In this document: in pieces, positions 46,959 to 55,627 of the stretch
How the letters are laid out: each line of letters opens with the position of its first letter
How positions within the stretch are numbered: position 1 is the stretch's first letter
DNA from: Gammaproteobacteria bacterium
GTDB taxonomy: Bacteria > Pseudomonadota > Gammaproteobacteria > Pseudomonadales > Pseudohongiellaceae
Reading direction: 5' to 3'
Assembly: GCA_050486205.1 (NCBI GenBank)
Contig: JBJHCW010000008.1
Span: 5,219-69,218, forward strand
DNA length: 64,000 nt
Notes under the pieces: model-generated
The model's input: only the letters and a program-made list of their open reading frames with translations
Databases searched by the model: none
Told to the model about the DNA's origin: nothing
Position numbers and translations under genes: made by a program

Positions 46959-47605
46959 GGCTGATCCCCGGCCCGCACCAGCTCTCGCACGGATTCCCGG
47001 AAGCTGGCAGCGCTCAGCGCGGTGCCGGCGCTGCCCAGCGACTGCACCTGCACCCCGGCGGCAGTGCCGTGACTGATACCCAGCGGCTGCGCCTGGCGCG
47101 GTGTGTTCGGGGACGGCACACTGTAAACCGGCTGGTCGTCTGCCGTGTGCACACGCTGCTCGCCGTCAGCCCACTGCTGCAGGCGGTAGTGGCCCTGTGC
47201 CCAGCCAACCAGCGGATGCACCAGATTGTCAGACAGCGATTCCACAAAATAGAAACCGGTTTCCCCGACCTCGGGCAACTGCATCTCACCCACCTGCATC
47301 ATACGGTTACCCACCTGGCCGCCAAGATACCGCAAGGTGATGGCAGACGCTGCGTAATCACCCTTGATCACATGAAGGATATCGAATTCCACAAAGCTGT
47401 GAATGGTACCCGGTCCGGTCTGGCGCGCCTCTACCGACAACACCCGTCCCTCGAAGATGAATTCGGCAGTGCCCACCACCTCCTCAAAACTCAGCTGTGC
47501 CACCGTGCTGGCCTGCGGCGCTGGCACAAAAAGGAGCAGGAGGGTGAACAGACTGGCAACAAGCAAACCTGGTGCGGTGCGGATCCATCGAAGCATGACA
47601 GTCAT
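46955..47605 (-). CDS. secreted hypothetical protein co-translated with the metalloprotease
   Basis: 216-aa ORF with a signal peptide (LLLLFVPAPQAS), 4-nt overlap with the protease gene, and no recognisable motif. Confidence 0.55.
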   Translation of the reverse strand: MTVMLRWIRTAPGLLVASLFTLLLLFVPAPQASTVAQLSFEEVVGTAEFIFEGRVLSVEARQTGPGTIHSFVEFDILHVIKGDYAASAITLRYLGGQVGNRMMQVGEMQLPEVGETGFYFVESLSDNLVHPLVGWAQGHYRLQQWADGEQRVHTADDQPVYSVPSPNTPRQAQPLGISHGTAAGVQVQSLGSAGTALSAASFRESVRELVRAGDQP

Positions 47606-47636
47606 ACCACTATGCCTTTTTCTGGTGGGCTATTAT

Positions 47637-48518
47637 TCAAAGAACAGGCGAGGGCAGCATTTCGCTCAGCACCCGCCGCAATTCCCGACGCCAGTGTTCG
47701 GGGTGACAGCCCAGCGCCTCAATCGTCGGCGTTTTGTCCAGTACCACACAAGGTGGTCGCTTGGCCGGCGTCGGATAGGCCGTGGTCGGAATGGCCCGGA
47801 TTGGCACCGCACGGTCCAGCAAACCCAGCGCCTGGGCCTCGTCCTGTATGGCCACGGCAAAATCATACCAGCTTGCCACACCCGCATCTGTCCAGTGCAT
47901 CACACCTGTGGGCTGCCGCGCCACGGCGGCGCCAATACAAGGCAAAAGGCCAAAGGTGGACGTGGGCGTGCCCCACTGGTCATCCACCACACTGAGTTCG
48001 TCGCGCTCGCGCATCAGGCGCAGCATGGTGCTGACAAAATTGTGGCCATACGGTGAATGCACCCAGGCAGTGCGCAGCACCAGGCTGTTGGCTGGTGCCA
48101 GGTAACGCACATGCAGCTCGCCCTCAAGCTTGGTACGCCCGTAGATATTGACCGGATCGGGTTGGTCATCGGGGAGGTAGGGGCGGTGGTTGCGCCCGCA
48201 GAAAACGAAGTCGGTGGAGATCTGCAGCAGCCAGGCCTGATTGGCCGCCACCCAACGCGCCAGATACTTGGGTCCGAAGGCATTGACCTCACGCGCCACC
48301 AGGTCATCGGATTCGGCCGCGTCCACCGCCGTGTAGGCTGCGGCGTTGATGATGATATCCGGTTTCAGTGCGTCCAGCGTCTGGCTTACGGCCTGCTCAT
48401 CACGGATATCCAGCGCCGCCCTGTTCAGGGAAGTGAGTGCATACTTTTCCTGCAGATCACTTTCAGCAATGGTTTTGCCCAACTGCCCGTTGGCGCCCAG
48501 CAGAACAAGTTTTTTCAT
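47637..48518 (-). CDS. rfbD: dTDP-4-dehydrorhamnose reductase
   Basis: 293-aa ORF with a Rossmann N-terminus MKKLVLLGANGQLG and the RmlD pattern YGRTKLEGE. It overlaps the rfbC stop by 1 nt. Confidence 0.88.
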   Translation of the reverse strand: MKKLVLLGANGQLGKTIAESDLQEKYALTSLNRAALDIRDEQAVSQTLDALKPDIIINAAAYTAVDAAESDDLVAREVNAFGPKYLARWVAANQAWLLQISTDFVFCGRNHRPYLPDDQPDPVNIYGRTKLEGELHVRYLAPANSLVLRTAWVHSPYGHNFVSTMLRLMRERDELSVVDDQWGTPTSTFGLLPCIGAAVARQPTGVMHWTDAGVASWYDFAVAIQDEAQALGLLDRAVPIRAIPTTAYPTPAKRPPCVVLDKTPTIEALGCHPEHWRRELRRVLSEMLPSPVL

Positions 48519-49090
48519 CAGCGCGTCACCTGACAGGCCGGTGCATCCTGCAGCAACAGGCCATCACGATCCTTGTCCGACAGCACCGGCTCACCGGCGC
48601 CAGGCACCAGTGGCCAGGCAATGGCCAGCGCCGGATCATCCCAGCGAAGTGAATACTCATCGCCCGGGGCGTAATAGTCAGTGCATTTGTACACCATCTC
48701 GGCGCTTTCACTGATCACGTAGAAACCATGGGCAAATCCGGGCGGCACCCAGAGCTGGCGCCGATTCTCTGCCGACAGATGCACCCCGACACTCTGTCCG
48801 CGGGTGGGCGAGTCGGCCCGCATGTCCACCGCCACGTCATAGATCTCGCCGGCCACCACGCGCACCAGTTTGCCCTGCGGCTGTTGTAGCTGATAGTGCA
48901 GCCCGCGAAGAATACCCTGGCTGGAGCGGCTGTGGTTGTCCTGCACAAACTGCACGCCCGGTGCGTGGTCATCGAACCAGCTCTGGCGAAAGGTTTCCAT
49001 AAAAAAACCACGGTGGTCGCCGTGAACAGTGGGTTCCAGGAGGAGGATATCGGGCAGGGAGGTCGGGGTGATTTTCATTGAAGGAAGCAT
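48518..49090 (-). CDS. rfbC: dTDP-4-dehydrorhamnose 3,5-epimerase
   Basis: About 186-190-aa ORF with cupin motifs GDHRGFFMETF, LRGLHYQ and FAHGF. The start is ATG 49090 or 49078. Confidence 0.9.
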   Translation of the reverse strand: MLPSMKITPTSLPDILLLEPTVHGDHRGFFMETFRQSWFDDHAPGVQFVQDNHSRSSQGILRGLHYQLQQPQGKLVRVVAGEIYDVAVDMRADSPTRGQSVGVHLSAENRRQLWVPPGFAHGFYVISESAEMVYKCTDYYAPGDEYSLRWDDPALAIAWPLVPGAGEPVLSDKDRDGLLLQDAPACQVTR

Positions 49091-49141
49091 TCCAGATCTG
49101 CTGCTAAACTTTCTGTGTGCGCCATATTATAAGGACATAGT

Positions 49142-49402
49142 ATGCAAAAGCACGGGAAGATCCTCGAGAAAATCCTGCGTGGAGAATCTGATGCCAATAT
49201 CAGGTTCCCGGACATGCGAATGGTGTTACATCACCTGGGGTTCAGTGAGCGAATGCGCGGTAGCCACCACAGTTTCAGAAGGTCCGGCATAGCAGAGAAA
49301 ATAAACATCCAACACAGTGGCAAACTCGTCAAACCCTATCAGGTAAAGCAGGTACGTGCCATAATTCGCAAGTACCGACTGCAGGTAAATTGCCATGTTT
49401 AA
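49142..49402 (+). CDS. hicA: HicA-family mRNA interferase toxin
   Basis: 86-aa ORF with the YcfA/HicA pattern (LHHLGFSERMRGSHHSF ... VKPYQVKQVRAII). It overlaps hicB by 8 nt. Confidence 0.78.
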   Translation: MQKHGKILEKILRGESDANIRFPDMRMVLHHLGFSERMRGSHHSFRRSGIAEKINIQHSGKLVKPYQVKQVRAIIRKYRLQVNCHV

Positions 49403-49607
49403 GTACGAATTGCTCATCTATTGGAGCGAAGAGGATAGTGCCTTCATTGCGGATGTGCCAGAGCTACCAGGCTGTATGGCACATGGGGAATCCCCTGTCG
49501 AGGCTGTCAGGAATGCTGAACAGGCAATTCAGTTATGGATAGATACCGCGAGAGAGTTCGGTGATCCCGTGCCCGAACCCGGCCAGCCGCCTCTAAGGCA
49601 GGTGTGA
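49395..49607 (+). CDS. hicB: HicB-family antitoxin (UPF0150 fold)
   Basis: 70-aa ORF with YWSEEDSAFIADVPELPGCMAHGESPVEAV, typical of the HicB N-terminal domain. Confidence 0.78.
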   Translation: MFKYELLIYWSEEDSAFIADVPELPGCMAHGESPVEAVRNAEQAIQLWIDTAREFGDPVPEPGQPPLRQV

Positions 49608-49617
49608 CCTGAATTGC

Positions 49618-50484
49618 TCACCTGAGCAATTTCAGCAGATACTGGCCGTAACCACTTTTGGCCAGCGGTTTTGCCAGGCGGCGCAGCTGTTCAGCGCTGA
49701 TATAACCCTGATGGAAGGCAATCTCCTCCGGGCAGGCAATCTTCAGGCCCTGCCGCTCCTCCAGTACACGAATGAAATTGGCCGCATCCAGCAGTGACTG
49801 CACCGTGCCGGTATCCAGCCAGGCCGTGCCGCGGCTGAACAGTTCCACCTGCAGCGTGCCGCGCGCCAGATAGGCTTTGTTCACATCGGTTATTTCCAGC
49901 TCACCGCGCGCCGAGGGGCGTATGCCACGGGCAATCTCCACCACGTCATTGTCATACAGGTACAGGCCGGTGACCGCGTAGTTGGACTTGGGCTTTTGCG
50001 GCTTCTCCTCCAGATCAATGGCGGTGTTGTTGTCATCCAGGGCCACAACACCATAACGCTCGGGATCATTGACGTAGTAAGCAAACACTGTGGCGCCACT
50101 CTCCTGTTTCAGCGCCTGCTGCAGCTTTTCCTCCAGCGAGTTGCCATAGAAGATGTTGTCCCCCAGGATCAGACAGACGCTGTCGCCGCCAATGAACGAC
50201 TCACCAATCAGAAAGGCCTGCGCCAGACCTTCGGGTCGGGGTTGTTCGGCATACTGCAGATTCAGACCCCACTGGCTGCCATTACCCAGCAGGTGCTGGT
50301 AAAGCGTCAGGTCACCGGGTGTGGTGATAATGAGTATGTCCCGAATACCCGCCTGCATCAGCGTGCACAGTGGGTAGTAGATCATGGGTTTGTCGTACAC
50401 CGGCATCAACTGCTTGCTCACCGAGACGGTCATGGGGTGCAGGCGGCTGCCGGTGCCTCCGGCAAGGATGATTCCCTTGGTCAT
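49618..50484 (-). CDS. rfbA: glucose-1-phosphate thymidylyltransferase
   Basis: 288-aa ORF with [16 protein letters not shown] and a conserved RmlA core ([22 protein letters not shown]). Confidence 0.94.
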   Translation of the reverse strand: MTKGIILAGGTGSRLHPMTVSVSKQLMPVYDKPMIYYPLCTLMQAGIRDILIITTPGDLTLYQHLLGNGSQWGLNLQYAEQPRPEGLAQAFLIGESFIGGDSVCLILGDNIFYGNSLEEKLQQALKQESGATVFAYYVNDPERYGVVALDDNNTAIDLEEKPQKPKSNYAVTGLYLYDNDVVEIARGIRPSARGELEITDVNKAYLARGTLQVELFSRGTAWLDTGTVQSLLDAANFIRVLEERQGLKIACPEEIAFHQGYISAEQLRRLAKPLAKSGYGQYLLKLLR

Positions 50485-50501
50485 GCTTCAGTGACGCCTT
50501 G

Positions 50502-51506
50502 TCATGGGTTGTTGCGGGTATTGTTGCCGTCACGCATGTGATCGGCCTTGTGGGCAACACCCAGCGCATCCAGTATATCCGGCAGTGCGCTGTAGAATGT
50601 TGCGCCCGGATTATAACGCAGATACTCACGGCTTGTAGTGTCGTCCACAAAGCTGCCCTGGGTGAGCGCTCGATAACTTCGCAGCCCCGGTGCATTCTTC
50701 AGGCGGAAGATCCGGCCCAGCAGTTCCATACCCAGCGCGGCCAGATACAGGCCGGGCGCCGGCATGGACCAGTCCGGCTGACCCATGTCAAAGGCCTCGC
50801 GTATGGCGCCTTCAACGGACTTGACCGTGTAGCGGGTGCCATCGGTCACCGGATAGATCGGTGTGAACACTTGCTCACTGGCATCTTCCTGTAATCTTTG
50901 AGCGGCACACACAACCGCCTGACACAGGTCGTGCACACCAATCAGCGACAGTGGCTGATCGGTTCTGGGCAGCGGCGGGAAAAACCCGCGGCGTATCATA
51001 CGAATCATGCTCAGCAGATTGCCTTTCATCTGCGGGCCATAGACATTGACCGGGCGCAGTATGCAGACACGAATGTCGCCGGCCCGATGCGCAGCCAGCA
51101 ACAGCTGCTCGGCGTCGTATTTTGACTGACCGTAAGCGGTGCGCGGCTGATCATGTGCCGGATCGGCCTTGATGCTGCTCATGAAGATAAAGTGTTTCGC
51201 GCCCTGGCTGCAGGCCGCGCGCAGCAGGTTTGCCGTGCCGTCCACATTCACTGCTCGCAGCCTGTTGTCATCGGCATGGTTGATGTGGGCATAAGCTGCC
51301 AGGTGGAACACCGTGTCTACCCCCTCGCAGAGCGGCAGCAGTGAATCGGGCTCCAGCAGATCGGCACCTTTTGCTGCGCTGCTGCGGTTCAGTGTACGCA
51401 CCTGGTAGCCCTGTTCGTGCAAGCTGGCCAGCAGGTGGTGACCAATAAAACCGGTGCTGCCAGTGAGCAGGGCTGTACGGTCTGGTGTGGCGGTTGTGTC
51501 ATTCAT
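50502..51506 (-). CDS. NAD-dependent epimerase/dehydratase-family SDR
   Basis: 334-aa ORF with LLTGSTGFIGHHL and the catalytic YGQSKYDAE (YxxxK). It does not look like a canonical RmlB. Confidence 0.8.
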   Translation of the reverse strand: MNDTTATPDRTALLTGSTGFIGHHLLASLHEQGYQVRTLNRSSAAKGADLLEPDSLLPLCEGVDTVFHLAAYAHINHADDNRLRAVNVDGTANLLRAACSQGAKHFIFMSSIKADPAHDQPRTAYGQSKYDAEQLLLAAHRAGDIRVCILRPVNVYGPQMKGNLLSMIRMIRRGFFPPLPRTDQPLSLIGVHDLCQAVVCAAQRLQEDASEQVFTPIYPVTDGTRYTVKSVEGAIREAFDMGQPDWSMPAPGLYLAALGMELLGRIFRLKNAPGLRSYRALTQGSFVDDTTSREYLRYNPGATFYSALPDILDALGVAHKADHMRDGNNTRNNP

Positions 51507-51772
51507 TGCTTGAGCACCTTGTAAACATGCTTGCGGTGCGCCACTTTGACCACAATAACAATCAGTTCAGCATCGCGTATTTCATAAAGGATACGATACA
51601 CGCCCTGGCGAATACGGTATTTCTCCTGCGCAGACAATTTCTCCACTCCCGCGGGTCGTGGATTGTCTGTCAATTGCTGGATGCGCTTGAGAATACGCGT
51701 AAGGTCCTGACGAGGCAGCCGGCGCAGGTCCCGGGCTACCGAGCGCCGGAAGCCGACCTCATAGACTGCCAT
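51503..51772 (-). CDS. RelE/ParE-family toxin
   Basis: 89-aa ORF with a typical RelE/ParE pattern (LRRLPRQDLTRILKRIQQLTDNPRP ... YRIRQGVYRILYEI..ELIVIVVKVAHR). Its stop overlaps the SDR start (ATGA 51503-51506). Confidence 0.78.
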   Translation of the reverse strand: MAVYEVGFRRSVARDLRRLPRQDLTRILKRIQQLTDNPRPAGVEKLSAQEKYRIRQGVYRILYEIRDAELIVIVVKVAHRKHVYKVLKQ

Positions 51773-51992
51773 GCTTCTTCAGATCATCCAGCAAGGCTTC
51801 ATAACTCATTACCGGCTCTGCAATCCGTTGATCAAATGCTGCCAGGTCTTCCTGATCCTCGGCCAGCACACGCCGCACGGCATCATTCACAATATCAGAC
51901 ACCGATCGCTCGGACTGCGCCGCTTTCAAACGCAATGCAGCATGCAAACCTGGTTCAAAATAGACCGTTGCGCGCTTTGACTTTCCGCTCAT
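51759..51992 (-). CDS. ribbon-helix-helix (CopG-like) antitoxin
   Basis: 77-aa ORF with an N-terminal RHH segment (KRATVYFEPGLHAALRLKAAQSERSVSDIVNDAV). It overlaps the toxin by 14 nt. Confidence 0.7.
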   Translation of the reverse strand: MSGKSKRATVYFEPGLHAALRLKAAQSERSVSDIVNDAVRRVLAEDQEDLAAFDQRIAEPVMSYEALLDDLKKHGSL

Positions 51993-52025
51993 GTGTTGCT
52001 CTCATGTAAGGGTTTTCGAAAAAGA

Positions 52026-52060
52026 CATGACGTCAAGTCACTATAGCGCCATGACGTCAA
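52026..52060. promoter_or_regulatory. duplicated CATGACGTCAA boxes (each with palindrome TGACGTCA), candidate TA operator
   Basis: Identical 11-mers at 52026-52036 and 52050-52060, 24 nt apart, 34-68 nt upstream of the RHH antitoxin ATG. Confidence 0.5.
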
Positions 52061-52070
52061 TCTGTCCATT

Positions 52071-52901
52071 TCAGAACCAGCGCCAGCCATGGCTGCTGAA
52101 AAACCGTATGGCCGAGCGGCCGAACATCAGGATATGCCGCAGTCCCTTGCGCGCGGTGTTGCCGCCAAGGTGGGTGATACGCATGGCTGGCACAAAGGTC
52201 AGGCTGCCGTGTTGGTGGGCGCGCAGCGACAGGTCAAAGTCCTCAAAGTACAGGAAGTAGCGCGGATCAAATCCGTCCAGGGCGCGCAGTGCACTGCTGC
52301 GCCACAACATACAACAGCCACTGATGATGGGAATGTTGTCGGTGGGTTCGCTGTGGCTGAGCGCCTGCATGCTGTAACGGGCCAGGCGGCGCTGGAACAG
52401 CCTGCGCACAAAGCCTGGCGCAAAGCCGCGCAGCAACAGGTCCAGTACCGATGGGTATTGCTTGCAGGCTGATTCGGGTTCACCATCGCCGTTGCTGATG
52501 GCAGGCGCCACCGCCACGGTTTCCGGCCGGCTCTGCAGCCAGGCCAGTCCCTGCACCAGGGCATCAGGCTGCAGATAAACGTCGGGGTTGAGTACCAGAT
52601 GGTACTCGCAGGTGGTTTCGGTGATGGCAAGATTGTGTCCGCGCCCATAACCGATGTTGCCGTGGCCGGTTCTGGTCAGCAGTTCCAGGCTGGAAAGATC
52701 AACGGACTCAGGCAGACTGTCCAACAGGGCATGGTTGTCACTGTTGTTGATCAGGTACAGCGAAGCCTTGTTCAGGACGCCTGCCATACGCGCCTCGTTC
52801 GCGGCTTTCTCGAGACAGGCAAGCACTCGCTCAAGCACGGGCTGGTTCAGTTCGTGGACAACAATGGAGATGCTGAGATCGGTGGGTGGGGTAGGTGACA
52901 T
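52071..52901 (-). CDS. family 2 glycosyltransferase
   Basis: 276-aa ORF with the GT-A N-terminus ISIVVHE and the GT2 segment DPRYFLYFEDFDLSLR. Confidence 0.8.
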   Translation of the reverse strand: MSPTPPTDLSISIVVHELNQPVLERVLACLEKAANEARMAGVLNKASLYLINNSDNHALLDSLPESVDLSSLELLTRTGHGNIGYGRGHNLAITETTCEYHLVLNPDVYLQPDALVQGLAWLQSRPETVAVAPAISNGDGEPESACKQYPSVLDLLLRGFAPGFVRRLFQRRLARYSMQALSHSEPTDNIPIISGCCMLWRSSALRALDGFDPRYFLYFEDFDLSLRAHQHGSLTFVPAMRITHLGGNTARKGLRHILMFGRSAIRFFSSHGWRWF

Positions 52902-52910
52902 CCGGTTATT

Positions 52911-53036
52911 CTACAGCAGGTGATCCTGGATCGACGACAGCGACACAAACAGGCGCCGGCTGTCATCCGGAAACGGCTCAGAGAAATCAAACTGGGTATA
53001 GAACCGGGCGGCTGCCTCGCGGCGCAGGACGCAGAA
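52911..53036 (-). pseudogene. 41-codon C-terminal stump of a GNAT (TacT-like) toxin
   Basis: The frame starting 1 nt after the antitoxin stop reads FCVLRREAAARFYTQFDFSEPFPDDSRRLFVSLSSIQDHLL*. This matches the ..A..FY...GF......LFL...I tail of DUF1778-associated acetyltransferases. There is no room for the roughly 120 N-terminal residues. Confidence 0.5.
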
Positions 53037-53037
53037 C

Positions 53038-53337
53038 TCAGCGTTTGTCAGCATCCAGTGCAAATCCCTTTGCGTCGAGTGTCCGAGCAGCCTTGCTCAG
53101 CTTTTCGTTGGGTGCAACACTGCGTTCGCACAGCGCCGCGAACCTGTCGTATTGTTCACAGGTGAGAGTTATCTGTGCCTGTTCGGTCAGCACACGGGCA
53201 GCGTCCTTGCGCACGAGCTGGCTCAAGTATGCTTTGATACTGCCAAATCCGGCGGCAGTCGCCGCGCGCTCGGCCAGCTCATGGGTTTCAGTGCCCCACT
53301 GAACCTCATAACGTTGAACTTTGGGTTGTGTTGCCAT
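53038..53337 (-). CDS. DUF1778 (TacA-type) antitoxin
   Basis: About 99-aa ORF with an RHH-like N-terminal part (ELAERAATAAGFGSIKAYLSQLV) and ITLTCEQYDRFAALCERSVAPNEKLSKAA, typical of DUF1778. ATG 53337 is preferred. Confidence 0.65.
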   Translation of the reverse strand: MATQPKVQRYEVQWGTETHELAERAATAAGFGSIKAYLSQLVRKDAARVLTEQAQITLTCEQYDRFAALCERSVAPNEKLSKAARTLDAKGFALDADKR

Positions 53338-53408
53338 GGTTTGCTCGCCCGACTCCACGTCTTACGGAATATTTCCGTATTGTTTCCGAATCTTGGGCCT
53401 TTTGCAAT

Positions 53409-54161
53409 CTACTGCTGCTGAATCTCGATCACCCGATCACCAAAGGGCGTGCGCACCACGCGGTAACCTTCCGGTACCTGGGAGGGATCGATACGGCGGC
53501 GCTCGAAACGCTCGGCCTGGGCGCGCATCACAGCTTCGTCCTCCGGGTTGCGTTCGCGCGCAGCACGAAGCGCGGCGGCAAAGGGGTTCTGAGGCGCTTC
53601 GGCGTTGTCGTTCCCATCACCATTTCCGGCACCATTGCCCCCACCACGACGATCACGGCGGCGCTGGGGTTGCTCGGCTTGCGGCGGCACAATGGGTGCG
53701 GCCGTCGCCACGGTCAGGCGGGCAGTATTACCGCTGCAGTTCACGCCCTTGTCCGGCGCGTCCACACAGGGCGCATTGTCGGGATGTGCAATGGACACAT
53801 TACGACTGCCGGTTTCGATGAGCCGGTATCCGGGGTGCCCGGGAACAGGCATTTCGGTACCCGGCGCACCGTTCACGGTGATGACCTGCCCGTCACGAGC
53901 CCGGATGCGTATCCGATAGTCATCACCAAACCGGCTGGTGCCAACCAGCTCAAACGCCGGGCCATTGGCCTGGGGCTGAACAGGCCGGACAGCCTGCACC
54001 TGGTTATCGGGCCGGACAGCCTGTTCCACAGGCTCAAAAAGCTGCAACTCCTGGGCGCCGGACGGCGATGACACCAGTGCCAGCAACACCAGCGCAACCA
54101 TGGCAGCGGCGGGCAGATACCAGGATCGATCAGTCCCAGGCAAGGCAGATGATCGGTTCAT
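53409..54161 (-). CDS. secreted hypothetical protein with RG/GN low-complexity linker
   Basis: 250 aa from ATG 54161 (GGGAG RBS 7 nt upstream), with a signal anchor and a central RRRDRRGGGNGAGNGDGNDN tract. No recognisable family. Confidence 0.55.
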   Translation of the reverse strand: MNRSSALPGTDRSWYLPAAAMVALVLLALVSSPSGAQELQLFEPVEQAVRPDNQVQAVRPVQPQANGPAFELVGTSRFGDDYRIRIRARDGQVITVNGAPGTEMPVPGHPGYRLIETGSRNVSIAHPDNAPCVDAPDKGVNCSGNTARLTVATAAPIVPPQAEQPQRRRDRRGGGNGAGNGDGNDNAEAPQNPFAAALRAARERNPEDEAVMRAQAERFERRRIDPSQVPEGYRVVRTPFGDRVIEIQQQ

Positions 54162-54719
54162 GACAATACTCCCGGGCAAGGTTTGCCCTATATGGCCATC
54201 AGAATAGCATACTGTTGTGTGTTGGACGCAGTGTCCGGCGCTTTGGTTCTACATCCTCATATCACGCCCGTTATCGCCGCTATCACTACCAAAGGATACC
54301 CGCACATCCTGAACATACCCTTCGATGACACCTGCCACATAGGGCCAGAAGGCTTCCTGTTCCAGGGTGCGCATGGCAAGCTCAGGCGCAACAAACCGGC
54401 TCATCTCCTGATAGAAGTCATCTTTTGTTTCACCATTGTGCCGGATTTTCGGGGGGATTACACCTGGACCAGGCCGCTGCCAAACGCCACAACAAGGCCA
54501 AATGCCCAAAGCAGACTGCTACGCTGCAGCCGTTCAGAATATCGCTCTCTCATCGTATTGCCCTCAATACTTGCCGCCAGACACTGAATTGACCCGATTC
54601 TACTGACAATCATTCAATTGGTCGCAAGTATTCCGACTTTGGTTTTTGCGCAAACATCAGATTGACACAATCGACAAGCCGGCACCTCAAATTTACACCA
54701 ACAATCAGGTGCGGAATGC

Positions 54720-55514
54720 TCAGTTCAGCTTGCCAAAATCGATGTTGCCACCATCATCATTGAGAAAGTCGAGATCCAGCGCAAGGCCTGCCGCCTTGTT
54801 CTGGGCGTCACGCCTGGCAACAAACTGCGGAATACGACCAAGAAGCTGAATATTCTGCATGGATATCAATTGGCAATAGGCCAGCTGTAAAGTGTTGGAG
54901 TGACGCAGCCGCAGAAACTGCTTGTCATCCAGGGCAATCAGTTTGTCCTCGTCAATCTTGTAAAGACCCTTGATTTCTTGCTCGCCGCTGTCCAGACGCA
55001 CCTTCAGTTTCCAGGGCACCAGCAGGCCCAGCTCATTCAGCAGATTTGCCATTTTGGCCGTTTCTATCCGCGACTTCTCTACTTTACCAAGAATTTCCAT
55101 GAGGCCTTGAACAACTTCAGTGGGTGTGCCGTCCTCATCAAAAAATGCCTGGTCTTGTTCATCACTGCTCATCAACCCGCTGGTCTCATCAAAACACAAT
55201 GCCAGCTGTCCTTCTTTCTCAGTGGGCAACATCCTGAATGGGTAGGTGCGGATGATTGCAGGTTTGTACGCACCAAGCCATTTGCCGTCATGGTCAATAA
55301 AAACGTTCTTGTCCGAACCCAGGGATGTCAGTGCCACAAGATTGAACTGATCGTCATCGGGCACAAAACACAGAGGCAGATTGATAGTAGCAGCATGCAG
55401 TTCATCGGCCACGATGGGGAGCACCTGCTCCTTGCCAAAGAGTGTATAGGAGGTATTCGGCTTCCAGAACCGGCCTTTGTGCGTTTCCTGGCTGATCACG
55501 GTGTAACGGGTCAT
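54720..55514 (-). CDS. SapC-family protein
   Basis: 264-aa ORF. The N-terminal half (HKGRFWKP...LPIVADELHAATINLPLCF...FNLVALTSL) matches my recollection of the SapC family pattern. It lies downstream of the S-layer-like gene. Confidence 0.65.
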   Translation of the reverse strand: MTRYTVISQETHKGRFWKPNTSYTLFGKEQVLPIVADELHAATINLPLCFVPDDDQFNLVALTSLGSDKNVFIDHDGKWLGAYKPAIIRTYPFRMLPTEKEGQLALCFDETSGLMSSDEQDQAFFDEDGTPTEVVQGLMEILGKVEKSRIETAKMANLLNELGLLVPWKLKVRLDSGEQEIKGLYKIDEDKLIALDDKQFLRLRHSNTLQLAYCQLISMQNIQLLGRIPQFVARRDAQNKAAGLALDLDFLNDDGGNIDFGKLN

Positions 55515-55545
55515 GCTTGTACTCCCGGTGCAAATTCTCTGTCCG

Positions 55546-55585
55546 TTAAAAACGAAAACCCCGCCCCTGGATCAGGAGCGGGGTT
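55546..55585 (-). terminator. rho-independent terminator of the S-layer-like gene
   Basis: 13-bp stem AACCCCGCCCCTG / CAGGAGCGGGGTT with one mismatch (55557-55585), followed on the minus strand by TTCGTTTTT. Confidence 0.8.
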
Positions 55586-55627
55586 GTCGTCGAGTACCGC
55601 AGATCAGACTGCGGTGTATGTCATCGA

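Noticed and set aside
34063-53400. Genomic island with mobility genes (integrase, transposase, tRNA attachment site, flanking direct repeats) around the glycan region or hipBA
   Set aside because: No such genes or repeats were found on either strand. The accessory character rests only on gene content and TA density.
54249-54587. Small ORFs (86 aa minus, 134 aa plus) between the secreted hypothetical and the SapC gene
   Set aside because: There are no motifs. The only AGGAG abuts the internal ATG with zero spacing, and composition is atypical. I cannot support coding. A 31-codon TM mini-ORF (about 54455-54550, minus strand) is also unsupported.
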